A stretch of DNA of 64,000 bases, taken from the NCBI GenBank assembly GCA_030390025.1, contig CM059432.1, positions 78,680,001 to 78,744,000 of the forward strand. The letters are read 5' to 3'. Positions 63,918 to 64,000 of the stretch are shown piece after piece. This stretch comes from Squalus acanthias (lineage: Eukaryota). How positions within the stretch are numbered: the first letter of the stretch is position 1; each line of letters begins with the position of its first letter. Under the pieces are notes generated by a model. That model searched no databases and was not told the origin of the DNA. It saw only the letters and a program-made list of their open reading frames with translations. The position numbers and the translations under genes were made by a program.

Positions 63918-64000
63918 CTGCAATGAGGGACACAAGTGGAGTTTGAGTGAGAATGAAGGAGTGAGTGTAGAGAATGCATAGCATAGATGCTTAGGAGACA

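Larger units (their letters stand above)
61478..64000 (+). mobile_element. Harbinger derivative: transposase core deleted, Myb gene on - (runs off window)
   Basis: End GGACTCAATTTT plus GGAGGCGGG arrays; MGTIYFLNSWTSD polyQ (62007) joined out of frame to ARDALMLARFA*; sister of 44958-46038. Confidence 0.88.

Overview
Eukaryotic, repeat-saturated non-genic DNA. It is most likely from a cartilaginous fish, inferred from SacSINE1-like DeuSINEs, HER1-like CR1 LINEs and shark-type Penelope termini. I could not support any host-gene exon, tRNA/rRNA gene, CRISPR array or prokaryotic feature; nearly all ORF-track entries are transposon fragments, antisense shadows or chance ORFs. The window is a deeply nested transposon stack. 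It holds at least 8 PIF/Harbinger elements or derivatives (HARBI1-like DDE transposase plus a convergent, spliced Myb/SANT partner gene, all damaged) and several Harbinger MITEs with 3-bp TSDs. It also holds one hAT MITE, one Tc1/mariner MITE, many CR1 LINEs, one long L2, a second CR1-group LINE family and DeuSINEs. Best leads: (i) a 1,285-bp TG..CA solo LTR with a 4-bp TSD whose TATA, splice-donor and poly(A) order resembles foamy-like retroviruses; (ii) a ~1.25-kb, ~99% perfect Penelope hairpin carrying two minimal hammerhead-ribozyme motifs, plus a 99-bp hammerhead-only insertion; (iii) repeated loss of the Harbinger transposase core with retention of the spliced Myb gene. Coordinates were read by eye. 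Ends defined by a TIR/TSD should be near exact; other ends are approximate.
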